Below are positions 13,831 through 26,586 of a DNA stretch of 64,000 nt, one piece after another. Made by a program: the position numbers and the translations under genes. The stretch comes from Microbotryum violaceum (lineage: Eukaryota). Position 1 is the stretch's first letter. The number at the start of each line of letters is the position of its first letter. Where the stretch lies: assembly GCA_001244265.2 (NCBI GenBank), contig CDLV01000012.1, forward strand, positions 372,001 through 436,000, given 5' to 3'. The notes under the pieces are model-generated. The model had not been told where the DNA came from, ran no database searches, and saw nothing but the letters and a program-made list of their open reading frames with translations.

Positions 13831-13941
13831 GGGCAAATACCCGGGGCGTTTTCAATTTGAGCTTACCATCAACTCCGAAGTGAAAATGAACTCCTAGGTA
13901 AAGTCATCAAATTGACCGGTGCGACCCTCTTAAATTTGCCC
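13831..13941. repeat. Imperfect inverted repeat (MITE-like or hairpin), ~110 bp
   Basis: gggcaaat(13831)/atttgccc(13934-13941) outer arms; tcaatttga(13852)/tcaaattga(13907) inner arms; ttacc/ggtaa inside those. Confidence 0.4.
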
Positions 13942-15044
13942 CAGCCTACCGTCTGACCTTTACCGACTGTTAATTTTTGTATGACCGATCGGTCGCGCTG
14001 AACGAACGTGACACACGCCATCAACGAAGTTCGGATCGGAGAGAAGGAACGTGCATGTTGCAGACCCTCTTGTTCTCTTTTGGGGTATCGGCATCGTGCT
14101 TTTAGCCACCAACTCCTTCTGTGAGAGAAAGGTTTCCGGTCTGTGATGATTTTTCAGCTTGCCTCTTGGCTGAGGGATGAATGGGCTCCCTTCCTGTTGT
14201 TCCCTTGATCAAGAGTTTGGGCATGTGTGCAACGTTTCGACAGGGAATGTCGATCCGAGTCGATCGGCACCCGCCGCGCTTGGCTGTCGGCTACCACCAA
14301 CGTCACCGGAGCCCACAGCGCCGCGCGCCGGCACAACTTTCGCTGGAGCCACGTGCGAGCGCCGGTGGGCCCAGGGTCTGGACTCTGGAAGGTTCTGGAC
14401 TGCTTCTGTGGGGGCCTACTCTTGACTGCATACAGCCTCCTCCACTTGCGGGCTTTACGATGTGTAAAGATGGATCTTGTGCAAATCCCGACGTGTTCGC
14501 TGACACAGCGGTCGAGTCTTGAATAAAGCCCCTCGAATCAGGTCAAGTATGGACGGTTTGCGATGCAACATGGCAACATGCCGTACCTACGTCGTATGCG
14601 CGGCAAGTTCGGAGTGCGGATCTCGCAAATCTTGCCTGAATGATTTGTTACCCAATTTCTGCAAGCGCCTTAGCAAGACCATAATCAGCATCTACGCCAA
14701 CAACGCCAACAGCTAGGTAGGCGATTGATCTTGCGAGCGCCGAGTAGCTGTCAGGATTGATGGTCTCGTAAGGGATGCTTTGAGATCGGCGGATCGCGGT
14801 CGATCGAGTCGGGCCTCGAGGGAGCGCCGACAGGGGCGCTTTGCCACCGCTTTCCCACCAGCTGCGAGGTCAAGACCCTCAAATGCCCCACACCAAGTGA
14901 TATCCACAATTACGTACCCACCTCCAGGCTGGCTGTCTGGCTGAACACCGCCTTTTCCTGTTGTAACAAAACCCGACTTTCGAAATGTGAGCTGGGCTAA
15001 TGTGCCAAGGCTAATGGGTGAAATGTGACTAGTGCGCAATTGAC

Positions 15045-15503
15045 TGTGTCCGAGTGCCTGGTTCACCTCGCGGTCGGCGGCCCATTTGCCCGGCGCCTCT
15101 GGTCTGCTCTGTCCCCGACCCCCCACCCAGTCTTTGTGGACTTTGTATGCCCGGTCGTGTCTCGCTCGGAACGTCGACTTGTCAAACTACGAGTCCTCTT
15201 CTTTCACTCGATCTGGAAGCTCTGTCGCCGTCGTCGATTCTCGTCGGATCTTTTGGAACCGATCACCGAAACGGAGTTCGAGGGGCTTCGAGCCTCTATC
15301 CAGGAGTCCAAGGGTCGCCTAGTGTCTCTGTAAGACACCAAAGGGGGTTTTAGTGGGTATGGTTGATCCTGGTTCAGGGTCAATGAGTCCTACACTACTG
15401 GCTTCTGCCAGTGTTTCGTAACAGCATTCCCTCCGACTTTTCCGAAGATTTCTAGGTATTAATATAATTATGCTGTTAATGAAGTCTATCAAATAAATAA
15501 AAA
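15045..15503 (+). mobile_element. 5'-truncated L1/Tx1-like non-LTR retrotransposon 3' fragment, copy 1
   Basis: ORF end ECLVHLAVGGPFARRLWSAL...FFHSIWKLCRRRRFS resembles the ORF2 C-terminal zinc-knuckle/W-K-R-F region; followed by a 3' UTR and A-rich tail aaataaataaaaa; 15177-15495 recurs at 29932. Confidence 0.75.
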
Positions 15504-15633
15504 GTCCGCGAAGTACTGGCCTGAACTTCTTCGTGCCCTGGCCGCGGTCCCCTCATCAACTACGCCAACTACGCCCACGCCCACGCCAAGGGCCCCACAG
15601 CAAGGCCGGGACTGGGCACCTACATCTCCAACG

Positions 15634-16958
15634 ATGACGTCCAAGTCATCGGTGCTGCACCAGACGCTCAAGTCGACAGCCTCGACTCGTGCGCCGTCTT
15701 CTTACGCCTCCGGGTCATCTTCCTCCTCGTCGTCGCCGTCCTTCTTCCCCCTCGCCTCATCGCACTCGGCACGTGTCGTGCACCCACCAACAGCGTATTG
15801 GTACACCTCTCGACCATCCCTGAACGCGACCTTGGCCTCGCTCGAACGCACGCTCAACCAATCGCGGACGCACCTCTTCAAATGCGGTCTCTTGCGCTCC
15901 ATCGCGACCCCTCTCTCCAGTTCCGAGTTCGCATCCTCGTTACTCCATCCTCGTGAAAGGAGGTGGAAGGATGCCAAGGAGATGGGCGTTTATCTGCGCA
16001 ACGGAACCGACTTGCGCACGAGCGAATACCGTCGCTTGACTGGTGTGCTCGCCCATCTTGAGGGCCTCCTGCCTTACGCCAAACTCGGCGATGAACTGCC
16101 GCCCCCTTCGACGACTTCACCTCAAGGTATCAATCGATCGGTTCTACCACCTAGCCTGGTCGTCGATCCCGTCGCGGCGAACCAGGCGCTCGCGTCTCGC
16201 AGCCAGCAGAAAGACGCACCCGCCGAGTCCGCCGAGTCCGCCGAGCCCGAATCCGAGCACGAAGACGTCGATTCTTACCGAGGCAGTGCCACGACCCTGA
16301 GTGAACAACTTGACGTCCTCTTGTCGCGCTTCGTAGCCCCCGCCGTACTTTCAGCCACGGGCGCGACGCTCGAGCGAGTTTCCGGAGCGGCTCGCCGTTT
16401 AGGTAGAATGGACCATCACGGTCGAGTCAATGCCGTGGGTCGACGCAAGGAATCCACCGCAAGGGTTTGGATCATCCCCGCGAGCAGTGCAGCGACCGAG
16501 TCGACGGAACAAGACCCGACTCCTGGACGAATTCTCGTCAATGCGACGTCTTTACCCGAATACTTTTCCGTCGCTTCGCATCGATCGGCCGTCGTGCGAC
16601 CTTTGACGCTCACGTCCAGTTTGGGCGTCTTCAACGTGTTTGCTATTGCTGAAGGTGGTGGAATTGCGGCGCAGGCTGAGGCGGTGGCGATGGCAATGGC
16701 GAGGGCTTTGGCCGAATGGGAGAGGTGCAAGATTGAGCAGGGCGAGTTGCAGGAGGGTGAAGTCACGTGGAGGGAGATTTTGAAAAAAGGTCAGTCTCAC
16801 TCTGCTTTTACACCCTGCATAATATCGTCACCAGATGTTGACTCCGTCAATTTGCATTTTTTGCAGCCAACTTGATCGACCGAGATCCTCGAATGGTCGA
16901 AAGGAAGAAGACGGGTCAGGCCAAGGCCAGGAAAAAGTTCGCCTGGGTCAAACGATAG
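15634..16958 (+). CDS. MRPS9: Mitochondrial ribosomal protein uS9m
   Basis: [33 protein letters not shown]; after intron ~16790-16866: [28 protein letters not shown]. Confidence 0.92.
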
Positions 16959-17137
16959 AAGAGAAGACCTTTTGTCTCCAATGGCTTTCGCAATACAAAG
17001 ACGCACGTCATCCGCAGCTTCTGTTGCACGTCATGCCCTGAGATATAGAGAGAGTTCACCCCGCTAGGTTCGTCGGCGGGCCAAGAAGTACATTTCAACA
17101 GGATGAAGGTGCAGATGAAAGAAGCCAAGCAAACGTC

Positions 17138-20100
17138 TTAAGCTACATCAACGATCAAAGGTTCCCTCGCCGTCCAGGCCTTATCCGCCTCCGCGCCTTC
17201 CCTGACATCCTCCACCACGCACCCCAACTCGTACCTCCCCTCGGCCAGTAGGCAAATTGACACCTTTACCGTCTCCGATTCACCTGGTAACAGCGTCCTC
17301 ACAGCAACGGGAGAAACTCCTTCAATTATGATATGTCTCGCCAAATGAGTGAGTGACGAAGCGACCGTCGCATCGGGGGATTTGAGATCCAACCTCAGCG
17401 CCAATTGAACGGCCAACGGGGAATGATTCGACACATAAGCGCACACATCGATGAATTCGTTCGGTTGGGCAGCGTAGACGAGGCGATTCCCTCGGCCTTT
17501 GAAACGAAAGGCTTCGGGGGAGGAGGCTTCGTTCTCGACGAGTTGCAGTTCGACTTCAACTTCGTCACCTTTGAGGACGTCCAATAAGCTTGAGGAAAGC
17601 TTGAGGGAACGGAGGGAGATGGTGCCCGTCCTCAAGGAGCCGACTTCATTCCAAGTCGCTCGGATGCGGCGAAGGAGTTCCTCGCGGAACCAAAAGAGTT
17701 CACGGGTGGAGCGTTGTTCGGCTGCTGAGACTTGGTGCTTGGAGAGGACGAATTGACGTTCGGATAAGACTGGGATAGGACGTTCGGCTTCTTCGGCAGG
17801 AATGTTGATGCGGTCGATACGAGCGAGCATGCGTAGAGTCGCCCCTGGCTCGAGACGTTGGCGTACTTGGAAGAAGCTGCTTTCTGTTCACTCGGAATGA
17901 AGTGAATCCAAATCAGCTTCGTGCAGATGCGAACACTATCAGTCTCTGTCTCGACTCACCATCCTCACACCGCTCAATCTTGACCTCGAATGGCTTCCCA
18001 TAAGCATTCATCACATCAATCGACACCAAACAATGTTCCCCATCGTCAACGTCCCTCAAGCTCTGTTCAAGCCTTTGATCCAATGCCGCACCGCGTCTCC
18101 CTAGCTGAGCCACACTCGCCGAACGGCCATGGGCGAAAGCAACGTGCTCAGGAAGGGCTTGTAAGCGGAGGATATCGAGTGTGTGTGCGAGCAATGCGCG
18201 ATGGACGGTCATGAATACGTCGCAAAGAATTTGACGCGTGTGGAAGACCGTTGTTGGATCGGCCATGGCTTCCGAAGGAGGCAACGTCGCATAGTCGATT
18301 TGGATCGTCCCGCTCCCGCAACCGACTTTTCCCAAACATTGGACATCGAGGAGATAGGTCTGACCCGGTCCAATGCGGGGCATTTGGTCGACCGTCCAAG
18401 AAAAGACCGGTCGATCTCGATTATCGGCTTCGATCTCGTACGCTTCGGCTGGCGGTAACTCGTTCTCATCCACGTAGGCTTGCGTCGTCGTCGTGTGCAA
18501 GTCCGAGAAGGTCAACTTGACGAAATCGACAGGTCGCGTCGAGACGTTCTCGAGGGCGATCCGAATGGTCGATGTTTCTCCATCGTACAGCATCAACGCC
18601 CCATGCGTCAACGACGTCGAACGTACACACAACAACGGCATCTCTCGCACGACCGTACATTCCAAGAAGCGGAACTCTTGCTCCGTCGTCGTCGTCGTCG
18701 ATTGTTCGGCCGCTCCTTGACTCGCCTGACGCACAAACGCCGTCAACCCCGTCGTCTTGATCCTTTCCCTCGCCGTTTCGAGCAAAGTAACTTTCTGCCT
18801 CTTCTCCTCCTCTTGATCATTCCAAACGGGTAAGAGGAACTCTCGGCTCGTACACCCCGCGAGAAGGATGTGACATCCTCGAATCGTCAACCGACCCGGA
18901 GCTTGAGGCGTCCCTGATAATCGAACGGTATGGAACGATCCGGCGGGGACGATCGTCGACAAGGCGTCGCAGATGAAATCGACGCCAGAAGTACTGAGTT
19001 GCATCGATTGGATCTCAAGGTCGAAGCCGAGAGGGTTCTGCAGCGTCACGAAGACTTCGGCGACTTCGTTCGTGATCAATCTTGGACGGATGCGTGGCGA
19101 TGCATCGTTGGGATCGTAGGTCGCGTTCAAGGAGCTTCGCTGTCCTCCTATTATGAAGGGGTCCTTCTTGGCCAGAGCAAAGTTGTTGAACGTCCCGTTC
19201 GCTTCGGCGTCTTTGATCGAGTGTTCGATCGGTACTCGATTCGGTGTAAGTCTGTGAGCCATGGGTTTTTGAAGGATCAGCCACAATCATATTTCGCATC
19301 CTGCCAATTTGCGATGATAGCACTCACGGTGCCATTTCAAGGGACATGACCAACTGCGTCGGACCCCAATACTCCAACTCAAACGCCGCCCCCCTCCTCG
19401 TCGCTGCCGCAAAGATCCTCGGGATGTTCCGACTCAACTCCAGTTGATCCCAAGCTGGCATCGTTTCGGCGAACGACCTCAATGCAGTGACGGTGAACCT
19501 AATGGCGGCTTGATAATCTGGTAATGCCTCGGCGACGGAGATGGCATCCTTGAGAACGCCCATTTGTAGATGCGACCAACCAAAAGGACTACTCGAGGAA
19601 GAGAGCCGGTAATCTAATTCCAGGGGTCGTCCTTGTAGAAGAGACTTTTGCCTCAAATGATGCCCCGATGTCGGATTGGTGGTGGCGGTGTCTTTGGCTA
19701 TCCGAGGAACGACGAAGATCCCGAACGATTCGCACACCTTCTCGGCGATGCGGATAATGGATTCGTTACCGGCCGAATCCGAGGTCGTGCGGACGATCGA
19801 AGCAGTTCTGTCATTCATGGCAGGTAACAACTGGCCTCCGCTAACCTTGGGTCCGTCCTTGGTCGCTGAAACGGGACTGGTCGGACTAGGGCCATGAACG
19901 GCAGAAAAGACTTCGACGCCTTTACCTGCGACTCCTTGACCACACAACGCTGCGAGTTCCCTCAAAACAAAACCTTCTTTCCTCCGATACCCGATCCGAC
20001 CAAAGAAACTCGCGATCTCACCCGTGACCCTCAACCGTGTCGGAAGGGCAAGTTGACCCAGATGAGCGCTGTATGCCATACTTGCCCATTGAGCGATCAT

Positions 20101-22091
20101 CGACCTCGGTACGGGATTTGAAGGGGACAACGACCGCCACCGAGCTTCTTGTGCTTCGTCCTCGCTATTCTTCGTCCGCGCGGCAGAGGTCGACGTCATG
20201 AACGTCGAGCTCTTGCGCAACGCCGACGAAGCCGAGCAACTCGAAGGAATGACGAGTTTCTCGATCGCTCGGTCGATCTTGCCCCTCGCTTCATGAACGG
20301 CGAGGAGGAACCGAGCGATACGGAGACATGCTTCGGCGTAGATCAAGGGATGACAGCGGTCTGGGTCCGGAGGGGGTGGTGTTTCGAGCGAGTTGGCCAA
20401 GGCTAGATTGGGGAGCATTTTCTCGTACAAGCCTACAGCTTGACCTAGTCGATCAGGGATGGATGAGAGGAATGTCGATGGGTCGGCGGCGTTCGAAGCC
20501 AAGGTCGAAGTCGGGGTCGAGGTTCCATTCGCCGTCTTTTTAGATATCGAGTTCGTCGATTTGGATATCGAGTTCGTCGATTTGGATATCGAGTTCGTCG
20601 AAGCATGCTTCGCCGTTGCAGCTGCAGCAACAGCAGCGGCGGGGGACGGTGGTCTCCAAGCCTGCAAGACCAAAGCGATCGTCAAACCTTCCAGTGCGGA
20701 AGCGTACCAAACATTGTCGGACCAAGTCAACTTCAACAAAGCAATCGCCTCCTCATAACAAGCGATCGCTTGCTCGGTCCGTCCGGCCAAGAGCCACATG
20801 TCGGCCATCAACTTGCGTTCCCTTCCCGCGACCTTTTTTCTCGATTTCGAATCGACCAGAGTCGAGCCTGGAGGGGGGGAAGGTGCAGCGTTGGGTGCGA
20901 CGTTGACGCGGGATTGGATCGAGCGGCCGTAGAGGAAACCTTCCTGATTGCCCGAGGAGGATCCACCCCAGAGACCGAGCGAGGTGCGGGATTGAGGGGG
21001 TGCGGCGAGGCCGAATGCGGTCAAGTCGATTTTGGGCGCTTCGTTTGATATGATTCCTCCTCCCTTGGCTGCCCCCGCGGAGTTGTTGAGGTGGATACTA
21101 CTTGCTAAGGGATTTGTACTGGTGCTGGTACTGTTGTTGGGGGTGATGTTGGGAGGCAAGGAAGAGGAGCGCGTAGTGGTGGGGCGCGTGGCTCTCCCGG
21201 TGTACGAGTGAATCGTCGATCGCGCATCCGGTTTGGTCGGAATGAAGGTGAAGGGCGAGGTCAGTTGAGGTGTCTCCTGGGGTGTCGGTATCGAAGTCCT
21301 CGATTCGAGTTGAGCGGCCTGCACCATGCGCGATGACAGGTCAGTCTTGTTCGGTAGTGGGGCCCAAGGATCGCGGCGAATACTGACCAGGTTGGAGAAC
21401 TCTCTCAGTATGTGCCCCGCAAAGTCGGCGAGTACGGTGCCGAGGAAGAAGGAGATCTGAGTCGTGGTGGGTATGAGCACCAGCCCATCGTTCTCGTTGA
21501 TGTGCTTTTGCGCCTCGGTGAGCTGGTGCTCGCTCGGGTGGAAACCAAAGAGTTTGACGGCGAACGTCTTGGGCAACCTCCTGAGCGCGTGGTGGAACTG
21601 GGCCAGCGCGAGCGAGGTCGAGTCGTCGGCGTATTCCGAGGCGTCGAATATGCCGATGATGCCGTGAACCTGGCGGTGGAGCTGGAACTCGGCGAGAAAG
21701 GCGAGCGGGTGCGACGAAGCGTAGCTGGTGGGGGTCAGGTACTCGAACAGCAGTTGGCCGGTCGTTGTGGGTGAAGAGGAAAAAATAGCTGGAGGTATAT
21801 ATTATGAAGTTATGGTCATGTGCTTGTCAGCGTTGTGCGCCTCTCCTCCCCTCCCCCCACGACCACACACGATAGGACAGGGGTTACTCGATTCATCACC
21901 CTTTCCGCGTTCCCCTCGCCTCTAGACGTACCTCTTTCCCCCCTGTTATCCACAGGTACCTGCGACAGCTCTATAGTATCGAATGCCCTGATTTGATCGG
22001 CACACTGTTGGAACCGAGCGCGCTTGATCGGATGCAACGGCACGAGCAGCACGCCGATCCTCGCCGGTGCGACGAAAGCGGACGGGTCCAT
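17138..22091 (-). CDS. TRS120: TRAPPII subunit Trs120 (TRAPPC9), multi-exon
   Basis: N-term MDPSAFVAPARIGVLLVPLHPIK; GRERKLMADMWLLAGR; RIGYRRKEGFVLRE; FGWSHLQMGVLKDAISVAEALPD; VFVTLQNPLGFDLEI. Confidence 0.9.
20542..20600. repeat. 21-bp coding tandem repeat (~3 copies; STNSISK) in TRS120
   Basis: gatatcgagttcgtcgatttg unit repeated. Confidence 0.85.
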
Positions 22092-22479
22092 CACAGCACA
22101 CTGAGCGCGCTATACTCTGGTGGGCTGAGTGGTGTTTGTCCTTCGTCGTCTCCTCCCTCCGATTGCGCTGCGTGCGAGCGAGCGTGCGGTGCGCTGCGGT
22201 GCGGTACGAAGGCGATGCGTGGCCAGCAGACTGGTGTGTGGGGGGGGGGGGGGGCAGGTGAGGCCGGTGAGGCCGGTGAGGGGGGGAAAGGTCGAGGCTC
22301 TCGGCGACTGGGCTCGGCTTTCACGGTCCCTGAGAGTCTGGGAGGTGGCCAAAGGCGCGCCACGACTCGCACGGACCCACCCACACTGGATCGGTCACGG
22401 CTCATGCGCTCACGCTCGTCTTGGCTTTCAAACTCCGGCACCTTCTTGCCTCTCTCTCCCCACTCCCCACACTTGAGCA

Positions 22480-23387
22480 ATGACCGTCTACTCGTGAGCG
22501 ACTCTCTCACCCCTTCAGAAGCCCGCACTGCACCTCCCACCTCCCACTCAACCGTGCATCCTACTTCCATTCGCAACCTAACCTCCCCCACCCTATCCCT
22601 CCCACAGTCTCTACATCTACGACCGCCAATGCAGCTGCGTGTTCTATCACGCATTCCCGGGCCACACGCCCCCACCTCGACTAGGCCACTCGACCTTGCC
22701 TAACGTGTTCCCTGCCCACACTGCCGGCGCAAGCTCGAGTTCGGGCGTGCATGGGGTGAATGGAAGTACCACGAGGACATCGATGGATGGGAGAGGCACG
22801 ACAACTGCTTCAGGCTCGGCTTCAGGCTCGGGAGCGGGGTCTGTTCGGCCACCTTGGGAGAGAGGGGTACCCACCCGGCCGAACGAGGACGATACGAATG
22901 CAGATGGGGACAGCACAGCAGCTGCAGCAAAAGCGACTCGACTCGCCGCTTCGGCCGCTTTACCCTTTGATGAAGAGGCCAAGCTCGTGTATGGGATCGT
23001 ATTTTCGCTTCGAAACCTCGTCAACAAGTTGTCGCCCTCGGGAAGGTGAGTCCTCTTGCCGGAAATCCTGGTCCGACTACCCTCTGATGCCTCCTCCTTC
23101 GTCGCTTCCCGACTACTACCCAAAGGGACGCCTCCGACTCGTTCCATTCCTACTCGACCTCGCACTACAAACTGCACTATTTCCATACCCCCTCAAACTA
23201 TCACTTTGTCCTCGTCTCTTCACCGCGTCAAGATTCCCTCCGACCACAACTCCGGGCTTTGTACCAAGGCGCGTTTTGGGAATGGGTCATCAGGAACCCG
23301 ATGGTCGAATTGGATTCGACCAAGGGGACGGGAATTGATAATGTCGCTTTTAGGAGTGCGGTCGAGAGGACGTTGGAGAGTGTTTGA
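22480..23387 (+). CDS. BET5: TRAPP core subunit Bet5 (TRAPPC1, sybindin-like); exons 22480-22493, 22608-23045, ~23126-23387
   Basis: MTVYS|LYIYDRQCSCVFY; EEAKLVYGIVFSLRNLVNKLS; FHSYSTSHYKLHYFHTPSNYHFVLVS; EWVIRNP. Confidence 0.9.
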
Positions 23388-23620
23388 GCTTTGGCCCGCG
23401 CTTGGGCAGTGGACTGTAGGAGGTTATATACCCAGTCATATCTACGGCGGAGAGAAAGAGTGTGTTGTAAACGAGTGTGAGGATGCAAAACGGGTGACCA
23501 ACGACCAAAGAGAAAGCAATGCAACGGACAAAGAGGAGAATCCAGAAAGAAGAAAAAAACTGTCCAAGAATAACGCAGACAAGCCACCAAGAATCACTTG
23601 AGAGCGAACTGAAAAGGAAC

Positions 23621-26586
23621 TTAAAACCTCGTCTCCATCATCATCAACCCCCTCCTCTCCTTCGCCGGTCGCCCCTCCCCACCATGCACATCCTCCATGT
23701 TCTCCACCAATTCGTCCATCTCCTCTAAACCCTCTCCACTGTCGTCTCGATGTTGTGCCCCTTCCATTCGATCCCTCCTTTCTCCACCCACAATCATCTC
23801 CGGTAACCTCGGACTCTTCGCCTCCTCTTGATCCTTTCCTTCGTACAAGCTCAAAGGTCCATGGAACCCTCTTTCTTCCCTTTGCTCCCCTGTTCCATTC
23901 TTATCCGACCTTAAAGGCGAATGGAACCATCTTCCCCAAAGACCTTTCCACCCTCTGGAATTCGATGATTTCTTCCCCCCGGGACCGATTGGCGTAATCG
24001 TGCAACCCGACGTTTTCGAACTCCTACCCTCCTTCCCACCCTCACCACCTCCCGAACGCCAAAAGTTTTGATCCAACGACAACATCTTGACGTGCTTATG
24101 ACCTCGACCCGAGTGAGGACTCGTAGAATCCACCACCGTCGGCGTGATTTCATGCGAAACTCCAGGCCCAGGTTTGGCGAGTTTCCGTGGCGTTCCTCGC
24201 ACTTGTCGATGACGGGCGATGCTTCCTGAGTTCGAGCTTTGCAGGTGAGCGTTGTTGGATGCGATGGTGTAGAGGGAATGCTGCCGATGAGTTTTGAGGC
24301 TTTGTTGAAGGTCGAGGAGTTGGAAAGAGGGAGTGGATTGAGAGAAGAGGTCGGCTCGGAGCATATCTTGGGTCGGTGTGGTCACAGGGGTATGAGAACG
24401 ATCCAGGTTGGACGCACGCTCAAGGGGTCGAAGCGAATCCCCCTCGGAATCGCGTCTCATCCCCACCTCCAGAGCCTCAACCCCTTCCCTCTCTCCATCA
24501 GGCTCAAAAAGTTTGATCACAGGCGTAGAAGCCTCAAACATCGGGAACCTGAACGACCTCACCAGCGGCGCCTTCTCCCCACCTAACGAAGTGAAGCCCG
24601 GGTAACTCATCCTTCGAGCTTGTAGGTCCCCGAAGTTGTTCATCTCCGTAGGTAGGACCTCTCCGACGATCTCGTTCGCGAGGCTATCGTACAGAGAAGG
24701 GCGGTGAAGTTCCTTCTTCACGTTGCTGGAAGGAAGATCCGACTCTGTCACTACCGAACGATTGATCGAAAGCCCTTCGATATCGTGCGATCCGAATGAA
24801 CCATAGTAGAACTCGACCGCACTTTTCGAACGACCATGACCCGTCTGTTGTTGTGTTGATCGTTGATAAGGACGTTTGGGCGTAGGGAACTCATCAAGAC
24901 CCAGCGATTTGGGTTCATCAAATTCGAGGAAGGGGAGACGGTGGGAGGAGAGTTCGAAAGACCGGTTTGAGGAGCGAGCTTCTTGGATGAAGGATGAATT
25001 CAGACTTCCAGGAATGGAAGCTGTTGCAACCGAGTTGAGAGGTGAGATGGTCGCGTGTTCTAGTTGTAAACCCGTGGATTCGGAGTCGTCGTGCTCTTGC
25101 TCGACGCGTGAGTCCAAGCGACGGTCAGGATTGACTCCTTGATCGGAGATTGGCGAGCTTGAACGATCGTCATTCGGTTCGGATACGACGATGATACCAT
25201 GTTGACTCGATTGAATCGAATTACGAATCTCGGAAGGTAACGAACCAATAGAGAATTGCGACGAAGCAGCCGGCGACGCCCTACCACGGTTCTGACCCTC
25301 TGCTCCTGCCTCTCGATCAGCCCCAACAACGACAAGGTGTTCACGACTGTGACGCGCTAGGGGTCCAGGAACGAGGTGCGCGATCAGTGGGGTGGATGAG
25401 GTTGTTTGAGCTTGAAGAGGATTCGACGGTCTTTGGAGATCGAGGAGGGACCGAGAAGAGAGGAGTTGATCGGAGAAATAGACTGAAGAGGAAGGCCGGC
25501 ATTCGCCTTGTTCGTCTAGGAGGGTGGAGACAAGGAAGAGTTCGTTCGCTGCATCGACGCAGGGCTCGGGGTCCTTCTTTGGGCTTGAGGTGGATTCGGG
25601 ACGACTGGCTGGGATAGAGGACTGAAGTTTCTTGTATTCCGGATCGTCAAAGAAGGAAATGTGTTGCGATGAGATGCTCGAAGCGCTGGTAGCTGTGGCT
25701 TTGTCGTTTCCGGTTGAAGATGAAGATTGAGCCTCAGAGACCGAAGTTTGAGGTCCGATCCTCGTCGACTCCCACTGCATGGCCACGTCGATCGCCTCGG
25801 CATACCTCGTGGTCGACAGGTCGAGACGACGTTTGAGCTCAGCATAGTTGTTGAAGCACCTGTCGTTAAGTCTTCCATAGAGTAAGCACAACCCTCTTCG
25901 GACGCAAAGCTAACTCAGACAGTGCACTGACTGGATGAAGGCCCTCCTCTTCGCCCCATCTTGATCGTGTATTCCGGCCTGAAAGAAAAGCACTTCCAAA
26001 TCTTGCACCATATCCATCACAAATTCCCCCTTCCTTCCTTTCTCACGATAAGTCCGAGCAACGAGTTTTTTGTGCGCCATCGTTCGCATCAGCCTGAAAA
26101 TTTATTCTCACATAAAGATGAGTCAGCAAGGGGGGTGTGAGTCTTCATCCTAATCATACAGTCGTCATAGAGTTGAAAAAGGGGCCTACCTCGTCCTCGT
26201 CTCGTTCACGAAATAATTCGTCAACCACCTAACTCCTTTCTCGTACGTCGATCGCTCCGAGCCTTCCAAGCGCTGATACACCATCGCGGCGTAACCCCTC
26301 AATGAAAGCAGGAGACAGTCGGTCGCTTGGGGCGAATCGAGAGAGACCGAACGTATGCGGAACCAAGCTTCCAATCTGTGAGGGATGAAGAGGACATCGA
26401 CAGGGTCGCGAGTGAGTTGATGAGCACGGAAGGCGTGACGAAGCTTCTTGTGAGGTGATGGAGGATGACTGACCTGAGTTGATGAGAGGGCCAATCTTCG
26501 ACGAGCGTACCTCCGAAGAGAGGCAGAGCTACACCACCACCATCTCCACCACCCTCAACGTCGTGAGAGATGACCTGGCCAGGCAT
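23621..26586 (-). CDS. Uncharacterised protein with a long Ser-rich disordered C-terminus; 5' exon structure unresolved
   Basis: 756-codon ORF 23621-25891 plus short upstream exon-like segments with GT/AG sites that I could not join into one frame confidently. Confidence 0.5.

Noticed and set aside
8793-15000. Homeobox gene as the HD2 of a mating-type HD1/HD2 locus
   Set aside because: No divergent HD1-like ORF is recognisable upstream, and no mating-locus neighbours are seen
15360-15440. Hammerhead ribozyme in the LINE 3' UTR
   Set aside because: GAAAC and hairpins are present on the minus strand, but there is no correctly placed CUGANGA core
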